From NCBI GenBank assembly GCA_902790405.1, contig CADARW010000006.1, positions 1 through 62,982 on the forward strand: 62,982 nucleotides of DNA. Reading direction: 5' to 3'. The notes under the pieces were generated by a model, which was not told where the DNA came from, searched no databases, and saw only the letters and a program-made list of their open reading frames with translations. Source of the DNA: an uncultured Bacteroidia bacterium (GTDB taxonomy: Bacteria; Bacteroidota; Bacteroidia; Bacteroidales; ML635J-15). Shown piece after piece: positions 26,701 to 37,088 of this stretch. The translations under genes were made by a program, and so were the position numbers. Position 1 is the first letter of the stretch, and every line of letters starts with the position of its first letter.

Positions 26701-29214
26701 AGTGCCGTTGGCTGCGTAAGTATGTGTAGGATTTGCTTCGGTTGAAGTAGTACCGTCACCAAAGTTCCAGAGGTATGAAGTAGCGAATGCTGATCCGTTG
26801 TTTAATGTTATGTCGTGAGAGCATCCGTCAGCAGTTGCAGTGAATGCAGCTTCCGGTTCCTGAACATAGCAGCTTATTTCGGCAACCCAACCCGAAGAAA
26901 CTTCGTATTGGTCGGAGTAGAACATTATCGTTAATGCTCCATCCGCGTTGGTTGCTGTTACGGTTCCCGGATTGTTGGTGCCGCATACACCATCGACCAG
27001 TACAGGTGCCGAAGTAGATGTTCCATCGTATATGTATAACTTGTCGTAGCATCCTGTATTTCCTGCTGCTTCAAGCGAAAACTCGCTGAATGTAAGTCTG
27101 ACGTATGCTCCGCTGGTTGATGGATATATTGTCTGAGTAAGATTATTGATACTGTTTGCATAGTTGCCGTTGCCTCCTGGATCGCGATATGTTCCGCTGC
27201 ATACATATATTGGCTCGCTGCTCATGTCTATTATTGATACGACATTGATGTATTCAGTCTTTGTTTCCGTATCAGAACCGAAAGCGTTTGTAGCAACCAA
27301 TGTTACCGTGTATTCTCCGGGTTCACTATATGTCACTGTAGGATTCTGTTGGGTTGAAGTCGCTGGATTGCCACCTTCGAAAGTCCATGACCACGATGTC
27401 GGCATATTAGTTGACAAGTCGGTGAACGTTACCGAGTTCCCTGCCGTAATTTGTGTTTCCGATGCCGAGAAGTCTGCAACTGGCGGTATGGCTTCGTAAA
27501 CGGTTATTTGTTCTGTTGTTGACGGCGAGCAACCGTTAGTATTAACTATGGTAAGCGTTGCGTCGTAGGTGCCGTGGTTGCTGTATGTCACTGTTGGATT
27601 TGTGGCAGTGCTTGTTGCTGGCGAACCGCCATCGAAAGTCCAAGATGCTGAAGCATAGTTGCCCGAAGTTGTATTATTGAATTGTACGCTGTTTCCTTCG
27701 TATAATGTCGTTGGGTTTGCTGTAAAGGTTGGAATAACTGTTCCTTCGGGGTACATGGTGACATCCAGTCGCTGGCAAGCCATATTCTGCGTGGTAATTT
27801 CGAAAGTCTGCGATGTGTAGCCTTCCTTCGAGAATGTAACGCTGTAGGTGCCTGCATATATCGGGCGGTGGTAGTCGCCCACAGGTGCTGCGGTATAGAC
27901 TTCGGTTCCGTCGGCATCGTGGTTGTTGATGAAGACTTTTACATCGCTAAGAGGCTGATTGGTACAGCCGTCGGTCACTATTCCGCGGAAACCGTAAAGT
28001 ACTTGTTCTGTGTAGTTAAGAATCGACTTGCGGTAATATCCCCAGTAGGTGTTGAGAGATTCGCTGCCAAGCAGTTTTGTAGTTGTAAATTCAACGGTAG
28101 TTTCCTTGATGTGCTTGTAGTAGTTCATGTAGTCCTGACGGCCGCCGTCAATAGAGTACCATTCGCTACCTTTGGTTACGCCGTTCGAACCGCTAACATC
28201 CGATGGTCCAGTAAATCTGTTGGCGTTTATTGCGTGTATGGTATCTACGAACATCCACGATACATATTCCCACCAGCTGTCGTCGGGATTCGGGTGTGCT
28301 GCGTGTGTCCAGCCGTCTTCGTCCCACGGGTAGTTCATACATTCGTCGCCGCCGTGGCAATTTGCCGACATCACAAAGTTGTGTGCATCGGCGTAGGCTG
28401 TCATCATAGTGATTTCTGGTTCGTTTGGATATTGTGCCGTGTGGCTTGCCGTATTGGTTACGAACGGGAAGTTTCTGTTAAGGTCAACGCTGTTGTAGTT
28501 GTATCTGCGTGCATTGGCAATGCTTGTGCCGTCGTTCGAGCGGTAGAAAGTGCCGTCGGGGTTGGTGTTGGGCGAAATGTATATCTCCACATTGTTCACG
28601 AGGTTTGTAATCTGTGGGTCGGTGCCGTATTTTGTCAGCAGGTCATCGACAAGGCGGATAAGGAAGTACCATCCCGAAGTTTCGTCGCCGTGCATTGTAC
28701 TGCTCCACCAGAATTCGGGTTCGTCCTCGTCAACACCCACATTGTCCGAAATTGTCATATTTATAATCGGACGATCGTAAACCGAATAGCCGATAGTATC
28801 CATCTTGCACAATGTAGGATAGTTCTGTGCGTAGTTCTGCATCATCTCCAGATATACAGCGTAGGTGGGGTAGCGGTCCCAGTTTGCCATCTGTGCGACA
28901 CTTGTAGCCATATTCAATGCACGAGTCTGACGGTAATATTCGTAAACAGGCTCATATTCAATGCCGTATGTCTTGAACTGTTCGTATTCTGCGCGGTTTG
29001 CGTAGGCTTCAACATAGGTGTCATTTACCTTGTCGATTGACATTATGTGGTTGAGTTCGCGTACAAGCTCACGATTTCTGTTGTGTGGGAATCTAAGCAC
29101 CACTTCGCCACGATTTTCAAGAGTTTGCTCTATGAATTGGAGGTCGGATTCCGTCTGTCCCCATGTAACCGATACTATTAATAGTAAGGCAATTACAAAT
29201 AATATTTTTTTCAT
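23728..29214 (-). CDS. 1828-aa T9SS-secreted multidomain M14 zinc carboxypeptidase (M14 - PKD x3 - CUB-like - Ig-like - InlB-B-type repeats x6 - Fn3-like - T9SS CTD)
   Basis: Trimmed to the ATG at 29214 ([20 protein letters not shown]). M14 motifs: [24 protein letters not shown]: [30 protein letters not shown]. The C-terminal [13 protein letters not shown]...GTYLIRI...KLVIK is a type-A T9SS sorting domain (23731-23952). Confidence 0.85.
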   Translation of the reverse strand: MKKILFVIALLLIVSVTWGQTESDLQFIEQTLENRGEVVLRFPHNRNRELVRELNHIMSIDKVNDTYVEAYANRAEYEQFKTYGIEYEPVYEYYRQTRALNMATSVAQMANWDRYPTYAVYLEMMQNYAQNYPTLCKMDTIGYSVYDRPIINMTISDNVGVDEDEPEFWWSSTMHGDETSGWYFLIRLVDDLLTKYGTDPQITNLVNNVEIYISPNTNPDGTFYRSNDGTSIANARRYNYNSVDLNRNFPFVTNTASHTAQYPNEPEITMMTAYADAHNFVMSANCHGGDECMNYPWDEDGWTHAAHPNPDDSWWEYVSWMFVDTIHAINANRFTGPSDVSGSNGVTKGSEWYSIDGGRQDYMNYYKHIKETTVEFTTTKLLGSESLNTYWGYYRKSILNYTEQVLYGFRGIVTDGCTNQPLSDVKVFINNHDADGTEVYTAAPVGDYHRPIYAGTYSVTFSKEGYTSQTFEITTQNMACQRLDVTMYPEGTVIPTFTANPTTLYEGNSVQFNNTTSGNYASASWTFDGGSPATSTATNPTVTYSNHGTYDATLTIVNTNGCSPSTTEQITVYEAIPPVADFSASETQITAGNSVTFTDLSTNMPTSWSWTFEGGNPATSTQQNPTVTYSEPGEYTVTLVATNAFGSDTETKTEYINVVSIIDMSSEPIYVCSGTYRDPGGNGNYANSINNLTQTIYPSTSGAYVRLTFSEFSLEAAGNTGCYDKLYIYDGTSTSAPVLVDGVCGTNNPGTVTATNADGALTIMFYSDQYEVSSGWVAEISCYVQEPEAAFTATADGCSHDITLNNGSAFATSYLWNFGDGTTSTEANPTHTYAANGTYTIVLTATNSLGSSTISHQVEISAPEITSVTNASGCGSSTLTLSAQGTGTLHWFDAQTGGTELETGDSYTNTFATTTTVYVESQVGTEETYNVGIANNSSATTYTQSQNRGLAFTVSQALTLVSVDIYCSQANQNKTITITNSSNQTVYSQAYTLASGLNTLTLNAELEPGTYNIYTNARYTYRQTPNFPYTVNNVISITGQYGSSYGSSYYYTFYNWVVRTESVCTSERTPVTATIAESGSIDLGEPITQCGGTVTIDAGNGFDNYIWSNQQTGQSITVSQSGTYTVTATSGQCEVTASRVVTINTVPSVSITENNDVLTANATSGSGDYSYLWSEGNATTQSIDMTHNGNYCVTVSDSNGCQASDCINAAMDDIEISIADTEHGSISGETSVEYDGNYTFTVTPDNCYEIASVTINGTEVALDANNSYTINNVTAPQNISATFSPITYTITATAGNGGNITPETSNVNCGDNITFAISANNGYRIVDVTVDGQSMGAIESYTFSNVTDNHSIAATFIAVLNIDINADAEGGSVTPNGTQTLDAGESFTFTVTPDNCYEIGNVTVNGTPITLDANNSYTINNVTTDQNINVTFNQLSYTITASAGNGGNITPGTSNVNCGDDITFTITPDDGYMIADLLVDGQSTGSESSYTFYDVTANHTISATFEPIPAGEIVIVVNSDDEGGSVTPNGTQTITEGEDFTFTVTPDACHEIGTVTVNGTAITLDANNSYTIENVTEEQTVNVTFNQITYIITSRASNGGTITPAGNTEVNCGESMTFAIAANEGYEIADVTVDGQSIGAVESHTFDNVTSAHTINATFSEIIVIPDCYAVTDLTARTETYGNVLSWNAAENAVSYDIYRNDVRIATEAGTAFIDLQGHDGDTYYIITNCTNGGTSDASETAIATITGIYEFASSISVYPNPASDIVTISADEAITHIEIVSITGQTLRTEEVNSDRIECNIESIPAGTYLIRIFGNTNVYEKKLVIK
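24229..25581 (-). repeat. three in-frame tandem repeats of ~450 bp (148-153 aa) inside the M14 gene
   Basis: Units at 25138-25581, 24679-25137 and 24229-24678. Each encodes ..[16 protein letters not shown]...[12 protein letters not shown].....ATF......[13 protein letters not shown]...NVNCG..ITF.I....GY.I.D..VDGQS.G...SYTF..VT..H.I.ATF. Confidence 0.85.
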
Positions 29215-29420
29215 ATTTGAAATGATATTAATTGAATTCAAATATAATGAAAAATTAAAAGAGAAAATGTTTACATGGTAGTTATTAGACAAAAATGGTA
29301 TTGTGTTGCAGAAAAATGTTTATATGCTGTTTAAAATGGATATATTTTTCATTTTTATTAAGAATAAGAAGAAAATTCGCTTGTTTTCCCTTCTCCAATG
29401 TCCTTTACAAAAAGTTTTTA

Positions 29421-29428
29421 TACCTTTG
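29421..29428 (+). promoter_or_regulatory. -7 box TAccTTTG upstream of the FAD/Fe-S oxidoreductase gene
   Basis: Consensus match 30 nt before the ATG at 29458. It is flanked by two copies of CTTTACAAAAAG (29403-29414 and 29437-29448). Confidence 0.45.
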
Positions 29429-29457
29429 CCAAGTCTCTTTACAAAAAGGCATAACGA

Positions 29458-32376
29458 ATGGATTTCAATAAGTTAAAAGCAAACTTCAAGGGTGCTGTCT
29501 GCACCGACAACATACACAGGATAATCTACGCTACTGACGCTTCGGCATACCGCGAAATGCCACTGGCGGTCTGCGTGCCCGAGGACAACGACGACATACG
29601 CGCCGTAATCCGTTTTGCCCGCGAAAACGGTCTTAGCATAATCCCACGCGCTTCGGGAACATCAATTGCCGGTCAAGTCGTGGGAAACGGAATCGTGGTG
29701 GATGTGTCGAAAAATTTTGGCAAGGTGCTGGAACTCAACAAGGAAGAGAAATGGATTCGCATTCAGCCCTGCATTGTGCTCGACGAACTAAACAAATACC
29801 TTGCACCGCATAATCTTTTCTTCGGTCCCGAAACTTCCACATCAAACCGCTGTATGATTTCGGGAATGGTGGGCAACAACTCCTGCGGTTCGCACTCGCT
29901 AATCTACGGCAGTACTCGTGACCATTTGTTGGAGGTAAGATGCATATTGTCAGATGGTTCCGATGTTACTTTCGGCGAACTTTCTCGCGAGGAGTTTAAT
30001 GCCAAGTGCGAACTTCAGTCGCTCGAAGGCGACATCTACCGCCACACCCGCGATTTGCTTTCAAACAAGGAGGTTGCCGATGAAATAAAAGCCAACTATC
30101 CCGACCCCGAAATCCGCCGTCGTAATACTGGTTATGCGCTCGATTGTCTTCTCGACAACGAGATTTTTGGCAATTCGGACAAGAAATTCAACTTCTGCAA
30201 GCTAATTGCCGGTTCGGAAGGCACTTTGGCGTTCATCACCGAAATAAAGTTGAACCTTGTCGATAAGCCATCAAAAAACAAGGCCCTGATGTGCGTTCAC
30301 ACGGCAACCTTGGACGAGGTTTTCGAGGCTAACCTTGTTGCGCTGAAGTATTCGCCGTCGTCTATTGAACTGATGGACAAGAAGGTGCTTGACCTTACAA
30401 AAGAGAATATCGCCCAGCGTCAAAACCGCTTTTTTGTGGAAGGCGACCCCGAGGGCGTACTGATTGTGGAGTGGGTTAACGACGACGAAAACTGGATTCA
30501 GCAGCAGATTACCGACCTCGAAGCCGACTTGCGCAGTCACAACTACGGCTATTGCTATCCCATTGTCCGTGGTGCCGACATTCCAAAGGTGTGGGCGTTG
30601 CGCAAGGCTGGACTTGGCGTGCTCGGCAATATGCCCGGCGACCGCAAACCTGCACCTGTGATTGAAGATACTGCCGTGAATCCCAAGGATTTGCCAGCAT
30701 ATATGCGCGATTTCCGCGAAATGCTCGAAAGGTTGGGGCTCGAATGTGTTTTTTACGCTCACATCAGCACTGGCGAACTGCATCTGCGTCCGATTCTCAA
30801 CCTGAAGGACGAGCACGATGTTGAACTTTTCCATACTGTTGCGTTGGAAACTGCAAAACTGGTGAAAAAATATCACGGTTCGCTCAGTGGCGAGCATGGT
30901 GACGGAAGGTTGCGCGGCGAGTTCATTCCGCTGATGCTTGGCGACAGGATTTACGAAATGTTTGTCGAGTTGAAAAAGGTCTGGGACAAGGACAATGTGT
31001 TCAACGCCAACAAGATAATTGGTACGCCTAAGATGAACACCCATCTGCGCTACAAGCCCGGACAGCAGACCCGCGAGATTGAAACCTACTTTGATTTTTC
31101 GCGTACTGGCGGTTATCTGCGCACTGCCGAAAAGTGCAACGGTGCTGGCGACTGCCGCAAGTCGCACGTCATTGGCGGAACGCTCTGCCCGAGTTTTCAG
31201 GCTACGCGCAACGAGCAGAACTCCACACGCGCCCGTGCCAACATTCTGCGCGAACTGATTACAAATTCCACCAAGCCCGACCCGTTTATGGAAAAGGAAG
31301 CCTACGAAGTGCTCGACCAGTGCCTGCTGTGCAAGGCCTGCAAGTCGGAATGTCCGTCGGGTGTGGATGTTGCCAAGTTGAAAATGGAATTTCTGCAGCA
31401 TTACTACGACCATTATGGAGTTCCGTTGCGTAGTCGTGCTGTGGCTATGCAACCAAGGTTGTACAAGTTGGCATCGCTGGTTCCTCACATTTCAAATTTC
31501 TTCTTCAAGAACAAGTTTTTCTCGAAAATAATCCAGAAATCCATCAATTTCAGCACCGAAAGGAACATTCCGCTGATGAGTACCGTAAATCTCAGGAAGC
31601 AGGTGCGCAAAATAGGGGAGATGCGAGCCGAAAAACCGAAGAAGACCATTTACCTTTTCATTGACGAGTTTACGCGCTACTTGGATACGCATATTGCCGT
31701 TGATGCGGTGTCGCTGTTTACAAAGCTTGGCTACGAGGTTAGGCTTGCCAAGTCGAAGGAAAGTGCGCGCACCTGGCTCAGCAAGGGACTTGTGCGCAAG
31801 GCCAAGAAGATTGCAAACGCCAACATTGCCATGCTCGGCGACATCATAAGCGACAAAACTCCGCTTATCGGTATCGAGCCGTCGGCAATTCTTGCTTTCC
31901 GCGACGAATATCCCGACCTTGTCACAAATGAAAACCGCACCAAAGCCGAAAACCTTGCAAAAAATGCGCTTCTGTTCGACGAGTTTATCTGCCGAGAAAT
32001 CGATTGTGGCAATATAACATCGGAAATGTTCACCGATGAGGCTGCAAGCATTATGTTCCACGGACATTGCCAGCAGAAGTCGCTAATCGGGACGAAATTC
32101 ACCTTGAAGGCTTTGTCGTTGCCGAAGAATTTCACCGTGAAGGAAATTCCGAGCGGTTGCTGCGGTATGGCTGGTTCGTTCGGCTACGAGAAGGAGCACT
32201 ACGAACTTTCGATGAAAATTGGTGAGCTGGTTTTATTCCCGACAATCCGCAATGCCGAGCCAAACACGATAATATCAGCAGTCGGCACAAGCTGCCGTTG
32301 CCAAATCAAGGACGGAACGGGAGTAGATGCCTTGCATCCGCTCGAGATATTGAATAGAGCTGCGAAAATTAGGTAA
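29458..32376 (+). CDS. FAD-binding and (Fe-S)-binding domain-containing oxidoreductase (GlcD-like FAD-linked oxidase fused to a GlcF-like 4Fe-4S/CCG module)
   Basis: 972 aa. N-terminal FAD_binding_4 pattern (IIPRASGTSIAGQVVG). Central CxxCxxCxxxCP (CLLCKACKSECP) plus CNGAGDCRK. C-terminal cysteine-rich CCG domains (SGCCGMAGSFG). Confidence 0.88.
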   Translation: MDFNKLKANFKGAVCTDNIHRIIYATDASAYREMPLAVCVPEDNDDIRAVIRFARENGLSIIPRASGTSIAGQVVGNGIVVDVSKNFGKVLELNKEEKWIRIQPCIVLDELNKYLAPHNLFFGPETSTSNRCMISGMVGNNSCGSHSLIYGSTRDHLLEVRCILSDGSDVTFGELSREEFNAKCELQSLEGDIYRHTRDLLSNKEVADEIKANYPDPEIRRRNTGYALDCLLDNEIFGNSDKKFNFCKLIAGSEGTLAFITEIKLNLVDKPSKNKALMCVHTATLDEVFEANLVALKYSPSSIELMDKKVLDLTKENIAQRQNRFFVEGDPEGVLIVEWVNDDENWIQQQITDLEADLRSHNYGYCYPIVRGADIPKVWALRKAGLGVLGNMPGDRKPAPVIEDTAVNPKDLPAYMRDFREMLERLGLECVFYAHISTGELHLRPILNLKDEHDVELFHTVALETAKLVKKYHGSLSGEHGDGRLRGEFIPLMLGDRIYEMFVELKKVWDKDNVFNANKIIGTPKMNTHLRYKPGQQTREIETYFDFSRTGGYLRTAEKCNGAGDCRKSHVIGGTLCPSFQATRNEQNSTRARANILRELITNSTKPDPFMEKEAYEVLDQCLLCKACKSECPSGVDVAKLKMEFLQHYYDHYGVPLRSRAVAMQPRLYKLASLVPHISNFFFKNKFFSKIIQKSINFSTERNIPLMSTVNLRKQVRKIGEMRAEKPKKTIYLFIDEFTRYLDTHIAVDAVSLFTKLGYEVRLAKSKESARTWLSKGLVRKAKKIANANIAMLGDIISDKTPLIGIEPSAILAFRDEYPDLVTNENRTKAENLAKNALLFDEFICREIDCGNITSEMFTDEAASIMFHGHCQQKSLIGTKFTLKALSLPKNFTVKEIPSGCCGMAGSFGYEKEHYELSMKIGELVLFPTIRNAEPNTIISAVGTSCRCQIKDGTGVDALHPLEILNRAAKIR

Positions 32377-32419
32377 GTGTTGTGGTAAAATTATCCTTTG
32401 CCAACTTGCATTAAAATTG

Positions 32420-32427
32420 TAAATTTG
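32420..32427 (+). promoter_or_regulatory. -7 box TAaaTTTG upstream of rfbA
   Basis: Consensus match 18 nt before the ATG at 32445. Confidence 0.45.
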
Positions 32428-32444
32428 CAAAAAATACAAACGTA

Positions 32445-33314
32445 ATGAAAGGCATAATTTTGGCAGGTGGCGCAGGTACGCGCCTGCACCCGATGACAAT
32501 AAGCATCTCGAAACAGATAATTCCGGTTTACGACAAGCCGATGATTTACTACCCGCTTTCAACACTTATGCTGGCAGGAATCCGCGAAGTGCTGATAATC
32601 TCGACACCACAGGACATTGGCCTCTACGAAAAGCTTTTCGGTGACGGATCGCAACTCGGAATGGACATCCACTACAAGATTCAGCCTTCGCCAGACGGAC
32701 TAGCACAGGCATTTATTCTCGGTGAGGAATTCATCGGCGACGACAAGGTTTGTCTTGTCCTTGGCGACAATATTTTCTACGGTCAGAGTTTCGGACAGCA
32801 GTTGACCGATGCCGCTAGCATCGAAGACGGTGCAATAATCTTCGGATATTATGTGAATGATCCCGAGCGTTACGGTGTTGCCGAATTCGACAAGGAAGGC
32901 AAGGTGATTTCCATTGAGGAAAAACCCGAACATCCGAAGTCAAACTACGCAGTTACAGGACTTTACTTCTACTCGAACGATGTGGTTGAAAAGGCAAAGA
33001 GCCTGAAGCCATCTAAGCGTGGCGAACTCGAAATTACCGACCTCAACAACTTGTACCTCAAGGAAGACCGTCTGCAAATTAAGCTTCTCGGCCGTGGTTT
33101 TGCATGGCTCGATACCGGCACGCCCGACAGCCTTCTGCAGGCATCGAACTTCATCGAGACCATCGAGCACCGTCAGGGTTTGAAGGCATCGTGCATCGAA
33201 GAAATTGCTTACCGCAAAGGCTTCATTAACAAGGAACAGCTTGCTGTTCTCGCCGAAAAACTCGCAAAGAGCAACTACGGAAAATATTTGTTGAGGATTG
33301 TAAACGAAAAATAA
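32445..33314 (+). CDS. rfbA: glucose-1-phosphate thymidylyltransferase
   Basis: 289 aa. It starts [36 protein letters not shown], a classical RmlA N-terminus. Confidence 0.95.
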   Translation: MKGIILAGGAGTRLHPMTISISKQIIPVYDKPMIYYPLSTLMLAGIREVLIISTPQDIGLYEKLFGDGSQLGMDIHYKIQPSPDGLAQAFILGEEFIGDDKVCLVLGDNIFYGQSFGQQLTDAASIEDGAIIFGYYVNDPERYGVAEFDKEGKVISIEEKPEHPKSNYAVTGLYFYSNDVVEKAKSLKPSKRGELEITDLNNLYLKEDRLQIKLLGRGFAWLDTGTPDSLLQASNFIETIEHRQGLKASCIEEIAYRKGFINKEQLAVLAEKLAKSNYGKYLLRIVNEK

Positions 33315-33319
33315 CAGAA

Positions 33320-33868
33320 ATGACTGTAACAGATACCTTTATAAAGGATTTGAAGATTATTGAACCGAAAGTTTTCGGCGACCAGAGAGGATATTTTTTC
33401 GAGACTTGGAATAAATCCGTCTTCGAGGCTGCGGGAATCAACTTTGTTCCCGTGCAACAGAACGAATCAAGTTCGACATACGGCGTTGTGCGCGGATTGC
33501 ATTTCCAGCTTAATCCATATTCGCAGGCAAAGCTTGTGCGCTGCGTGGTAGGAAAAGTTTTGGATGTGGCTGTCGATGTTCGCAAGGGTTCTCCAACTTT
33601 CGGCAAGTATTTTTCGGTTGAACTTTCCGAGGAAAACAAGCGTCAGTTCCTGATTCCGCGCGGATTTGCACACGGATTTTCGGTATTGTCGGACTATGCC
33701 GTGTTTGCATATCTCTGCGACAATGCCTACAATAAGGAAAGCGAAGGCGGAATCATCTTCAACGACCCCGAACTTGGCATCGACTGGAAAATTCCGCAGG
33801 ACAAGATGATTCTCTCCGACAAGGACACCAAGCACCCCACTTTGAAAAATGCAATTCTAAACTTCTGA
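33320..33868 (+). CDS. rfbC: dTDP-4-dehydrorhamnose 3,5-epimerase
   Basis: 182 aa with FGDQRGYFFETW and GVVRGLHFQ RmlC motifs. Confidence 0.95.
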   Translation: MTVTDTFIKDLKIIEPKVFGDQRGYFFETWNKSVFEAAGINFVPVQQNESSSTYGVVRGLHFQLNPYSQAKLVRCVVGKVLDVAVDVRKGSPTFGKYFSVELSEENKRQFLIPRGFAHGFSVLSDYAVFAYLCDNAYNKESEGGIIFNDPELGIDWKIPQDKMILSDKDTKHPTLKNAILNF

Positions 33869-33870
33869 CA

Positions 33871-34755
33871 ATGAAAAGAATACTCGTCATAGGATGCAAC
33901 GGACAACTCGGCAGCAAAATTCGTGACAATCATGAAATTGTTGCCAATGCCGAATTCGAATACGTTGACATTGACAAACTTGATATATCAAACCTTGAGG
34001 CGACAACTACCTTTTTTGCAAACAACAAGTTCGACGTCGTAATAAACTGTGCGGCCTACACTGCAGTAGAAAAGGCAGAAGACGACCTCGAAAATGCAAC
34101 CTTGGCAAATGCCGTTGCTCCGCGTAACCTTGCAAAATGTGCCAACACATTTGGATTCAAGTTGATACACGTTTCTACCGACTATGTTTTCGATGGTAAG
34201 GCAAATACTCCATACTGCGAGGATGCACCTACAAATCCGCAGTCGGCATACGGCAGGACAAAGCTCGAAGGCGAAAAGAACATTGCCGCCGAAAACTGCG
34301 ATGCTGTGATTGTTCGTACGGCTTGGCTATATAGCGAATACGGCAACAACTATGTGAAAACAATGATTCGCCTTGGCAGCGAAGGCAAGATAAAAGGCGT
34401 TGTATTCGACCAGGTTGGCACTCCGACCTATGCTGGCGACCTTGCAAAAGCCTTGCTGAAAATCACGGACTTGTACCTCAATGCTGGCGAATGGCACGGC
34501 GGAATATATCATTTTACCAATCGCGGCGTATGCTCGTGGTACGACTTCACAATGCACATTTTCAGGCTTACGAAGATTGATGCCGAGGTAAAGCCTTTAC
34601 TTACAAGCGAATATCCCACTAAGGCAACCCGTCCGACTTACAGCGTACTGAACACCAGAAAGATTTCGGAAACTTTTGGCATCAACATACCTTATTGGAC
34701 CGATTCGCTGAGAGAAATGATTGACAGGTATTCAAAAATTAATGGACAGCGTTAA
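33871..34755 (+). CDS. rfbD: dTDP-4-dehydrorhamnose reductase
   Basis: 294 aa with Rossmann start ILVIGCNGQLG and STDYVFDG...Y..TK catalytic pattern. Confidence 0.93.
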   Translation: MKRILVIGCNGQLGSKIRDNHEIVANAEFEYVDIDKLDISNLEATTTFFANNKFDVVINCAAYTAVEKAEDDLENATLANAVAPRNLAKCANTFGFKLIHVSTDYVFDGKANTPYCEDAPTNPQSAYGRTKLEGEKNIAAENCDAVIVRTAWLYSEYGNNYVKTMIRLGSEGKIKGVVFDQVGTPTYAGDLAKALLKITDLYLNAGEWHGGIYHFTNRGVCSWYDFTMHIFRLTKIDAEVKPLLTSEYPTKATRPTYSVLNTRKISETFGINIPYWTDSLREMIDRYSKINGQR

Positions 34756-35530
34756 GTCATATTGCTTTTTGTTGCTTATTGCGTTGGCTTTTTCTTCCTG
34801 CAGCAACGGTATTCGCTACAAGCAGGTAAACGAAGACTTTTCCAACGTAGAATCCACCGCCGACAAAAGCCATATCGACAGCATTCTGAACCAGTTGCCC
34901 AAGTATTCCGAAATCTGCAAGAACATACGACTCAACAAGGTAAAGTTCGACAATGACTTGCTGCTCGATGTGCGTACAGCCGACCTCTACCAGAACTCGA
35001 AGGAAACCGCCATGGCAATGGGAATGCTCGTCGCCGACCTTGGATATGCGCGCTATTTTGAAAGAGTGCAAGTTTGCACCGACATTCTGGATGCAACCAA
35101 GGTGATGGCCGAAAAATTGGCTGTCGATAACGATATTTTCGAGGAATATGTGCCAAAGGTCGAGGAAAACCTCAACGACGAGCAGGTGATTTTCGCCACA
35201 ATCGACAGCCTTCTAGACACAAATACCATAGTGCCCGCCGAGAACGAAAAATACGGAATTACCGCAATGTTCATCTGTGGGTTCTGGATTGAAACCACTC
35301 ATCTGGGACTTGCTCAGGAATCAGAATCGAGTGGGGCAAATGCAAATTCGCTAGAAAGTCATTTCAATGTGCTGCATTCCATCAACGAACTGCTGTCGCA
35401 ACTGTCGGACGGCGATATAATTGCAAGCCTCAAGTCCGACTTTTCGGGCATCGAAAGCCGTGGCGCACATTCGCAGACATTAGCAGATGACATCGAAGCT
35501 GTAAGAAATAAAATTATAAAGACAATCTGA
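34742..35530 (+). CDS. hypothetical lipoprotein
   Basis: The ATG at 34742 (MDSVKSYCFLLLIALAFSSCSNG lipobox) overlaps the rfbD end by 14 nt. No recognisable family. Confidence 0.6.
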   Translation: MDSVKSYCFLLLIALAFSSCSNGIRYKQVNEDFSNVESTADKSHIDSILNQLPKYSEICKNIRLNKVKFDNDLLLDVRTADLYQNSKETAMAMGMLVADLGYARYFERVQVCTDILDATKVMAEKLAVDNDIFEEYVPKVEENLNDEQVIFATIDSLLDTNTIVPAENEKYGITAMFICGFWIETTHLGLAQESESSGANANSLESHFNVLHSINELLSQLSDGDIIASLKSDFSGIESRGAHSQTLADDIEAVRNKIIKTI

Positions 35531-35576
35531 AAATAAAATCATTATCTTAGCAGTCTGAACATAAAACCCTAAAGCC

Positions 35577-36998
35577 ATGTTGAGCGAAAACGAAATATCA
35601 CGTCAGAAAAGCCTGCTCGAGAGCGAAGGCAACTTTGTTGACATTGCAGCACCAGCAACTCCCGAAAAGGGCATAACCATAATCGGCGACCAGCAGCAAT
35701 ACATCGACTGCTACGACGAAAAAAGCAAGAACTATTCCATCGAGAAGTTTGTCCCTGCATCGGGAGCAGCAACCCGAATGTTCAAGCGACTCATCGCCTT
35801 CAACAACGAGCCAAACCTGAAAAATCTGCACGATGGCGGCGACTATTCGGTAAAGGCTACAATTGATGCTTTACCGCGTTTCGCTTTCTTCGATACGCTG
35901 AAGGACAGCATAAAGGATGTGGAAAACCTTGAGGAAGTTTCCGACAAGATTCTGCACGAACCGCTAAACTATGCAGGATTGCCAAAGGGTTTGGTCGAAT
36001 TCCACAAGTACAACGGTTTTTCACGCACTGCTTTCGAGGAACAGATTTTCGAAGGTGTTGCAATGAACAACTCCGACCAGCCTGCAAAACTCGAATTCAC
36101 AGTCTCGGAAGAACATTACGAGATGTTCAAGTCGTTGTTGGATAAGATTTTGCATAAGAACAAGCTAAATGTTGACGTGAAATTCTCGTTCCAGGAAAAA
36201 TCGACTAACACAGTTGCAATATACAACGACGGCACTCTCGTGACCACCGATTCGGGCGAACTTTTTACCCGTCCTGGCGGACATGGCTCGTTGTTGCAGA
36301 ACCTTAACCAGATAGACGCCGACATTATCTTTATCAAGAACATCGATAATATTGTGCATCAGGACTATATGGCCGAAACTTTGCCTTACAAGAAGTTGCT
36401 TGGCGGTGTGCTTATTGAAACTGCCGAAAACATAAAGTCGTACATGCAGAGCCTCGAAACCGACAAGTCGGCAGACAACTGCAACCGCATAGCCGACAGC
36501 CTAGAAAAGACATTCTGTGCAACTTTCGAGCGCGACGAAAACCTTTGCAATGCGCTAGTCCGCTTTATGAACCGCCCAATCCGCGTGTGCGGAATGGTAA
36601 AGAACACTGGAGAACCCGGTGGCGGTCCGTTCCTTGTAAGAAAGGACGGAAGCATTTCGCTGCAAATTGTGGAAAAAGCCCAGATAAACCTTGCCGACGA
36701 AAGCCAAAAGGCGCATTTCAACAATTCGACTCATTTCAATCCTGTAGATTTGGTATGCTACAACAAGGACTACAAGGGCAACAAGTTCGACCTCAACAAG
36801 TTCGTTGATTCGTCAACCTGCTTCATTTCCGAAAAAACATACAACGGCAAGCCAATCAAGGTTCTGGAACATCCTGGACTTTGGAACGGCTCTATGGCCG
36901 ACTGGCTGACAATTTTCGTCGAAGTTCCGCTGATTACATTCAATCCCGTAAAGGAACTGAACGATTTGTTGAGAAAGGAACATCAGCCGAAAAATTAA
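35577..36998 (+). CDS. DUF4301 family protein (sugar-nucleotide pyrophosphorylase-like fold suspected)
   Basis: 473 aa. FVPASGAATRMFK and RPGGHGSLL resemble the G-rich NTP loop and the PGGHG motif of UDP-sugar pyrophosphorylases. The family assignment is from memory of Bacteroidota annotations. Confidence 0.55.
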   Translation: MLSENEISRQKSLLESEGNFVDIAAPATPEKGITIIGDQQQYIDCYDEKSKNYSIEKFVPASGAATRMFKRLIAFNNEPNLKNLHDGGDYSVKATIDALPRFAFFDTLKDSIKDVENLEEVSDKILHEPLNYAGLPKGLVEFHKYNGFSRTAFEEQIFEGVAMNNSDQPAKLEFTVSEEHYEMFKSLLDKILHKNKLNVDVKFSFQEKSTNTVAIYNDGTLVTTDSGELFTRPGGHGSLLQNLNQIDADIIFIKNIDNIVHQDYMAETLPYKKLLGGVLIETAENIKSYMQSLETDKSADNCNRIADSLEKTFCATFERDENLCNALVRFMNRPIRVCGMVKNTGEPGGGPFLVRKDGSISLQIVEKAQINLADESQKAHFNNSTHFNPVDLVCYNKDYKGNKFDLNKFVDSSTCFISEKTYNGKPIKVLEHPGLWNGSMADWLTIFVEVPLITFNPVKELNDLLRKEHQPKN

Positions 36999-37018
36999 AT
37001 CCTTATAGTGTTTTATTT

Positions 37019-37076
37019 TATACCCGACAGGGTATAATTATGCTATATTCTTATGATTTTATACCCGAAAGGGTGT
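37019..37076. terminator. two similar hairpins between convergent genes (TATACCC-GACA-GGGTATA and ATACCC-GAAA-GGGTGT)
   Basis: Hairpins at 37019-37036 and 37061-37076, both preceded by TTTTA. Probable bidirectional terminators. Confidence 0.5.
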
Positions 37077-37088
37077 AGTTATGTCTGT

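Noticed and set aside
32445-34755. Considered calling the missing rfbB, on its own, evidence of a defective rhamnose pathway.
   Set aside because: rfbB is frequently encoded elsewhere in Bacteroidota genomes, and its absence from a 63-kb window says nothing about the genome. It is kept only as context for the DUF4301 observation.
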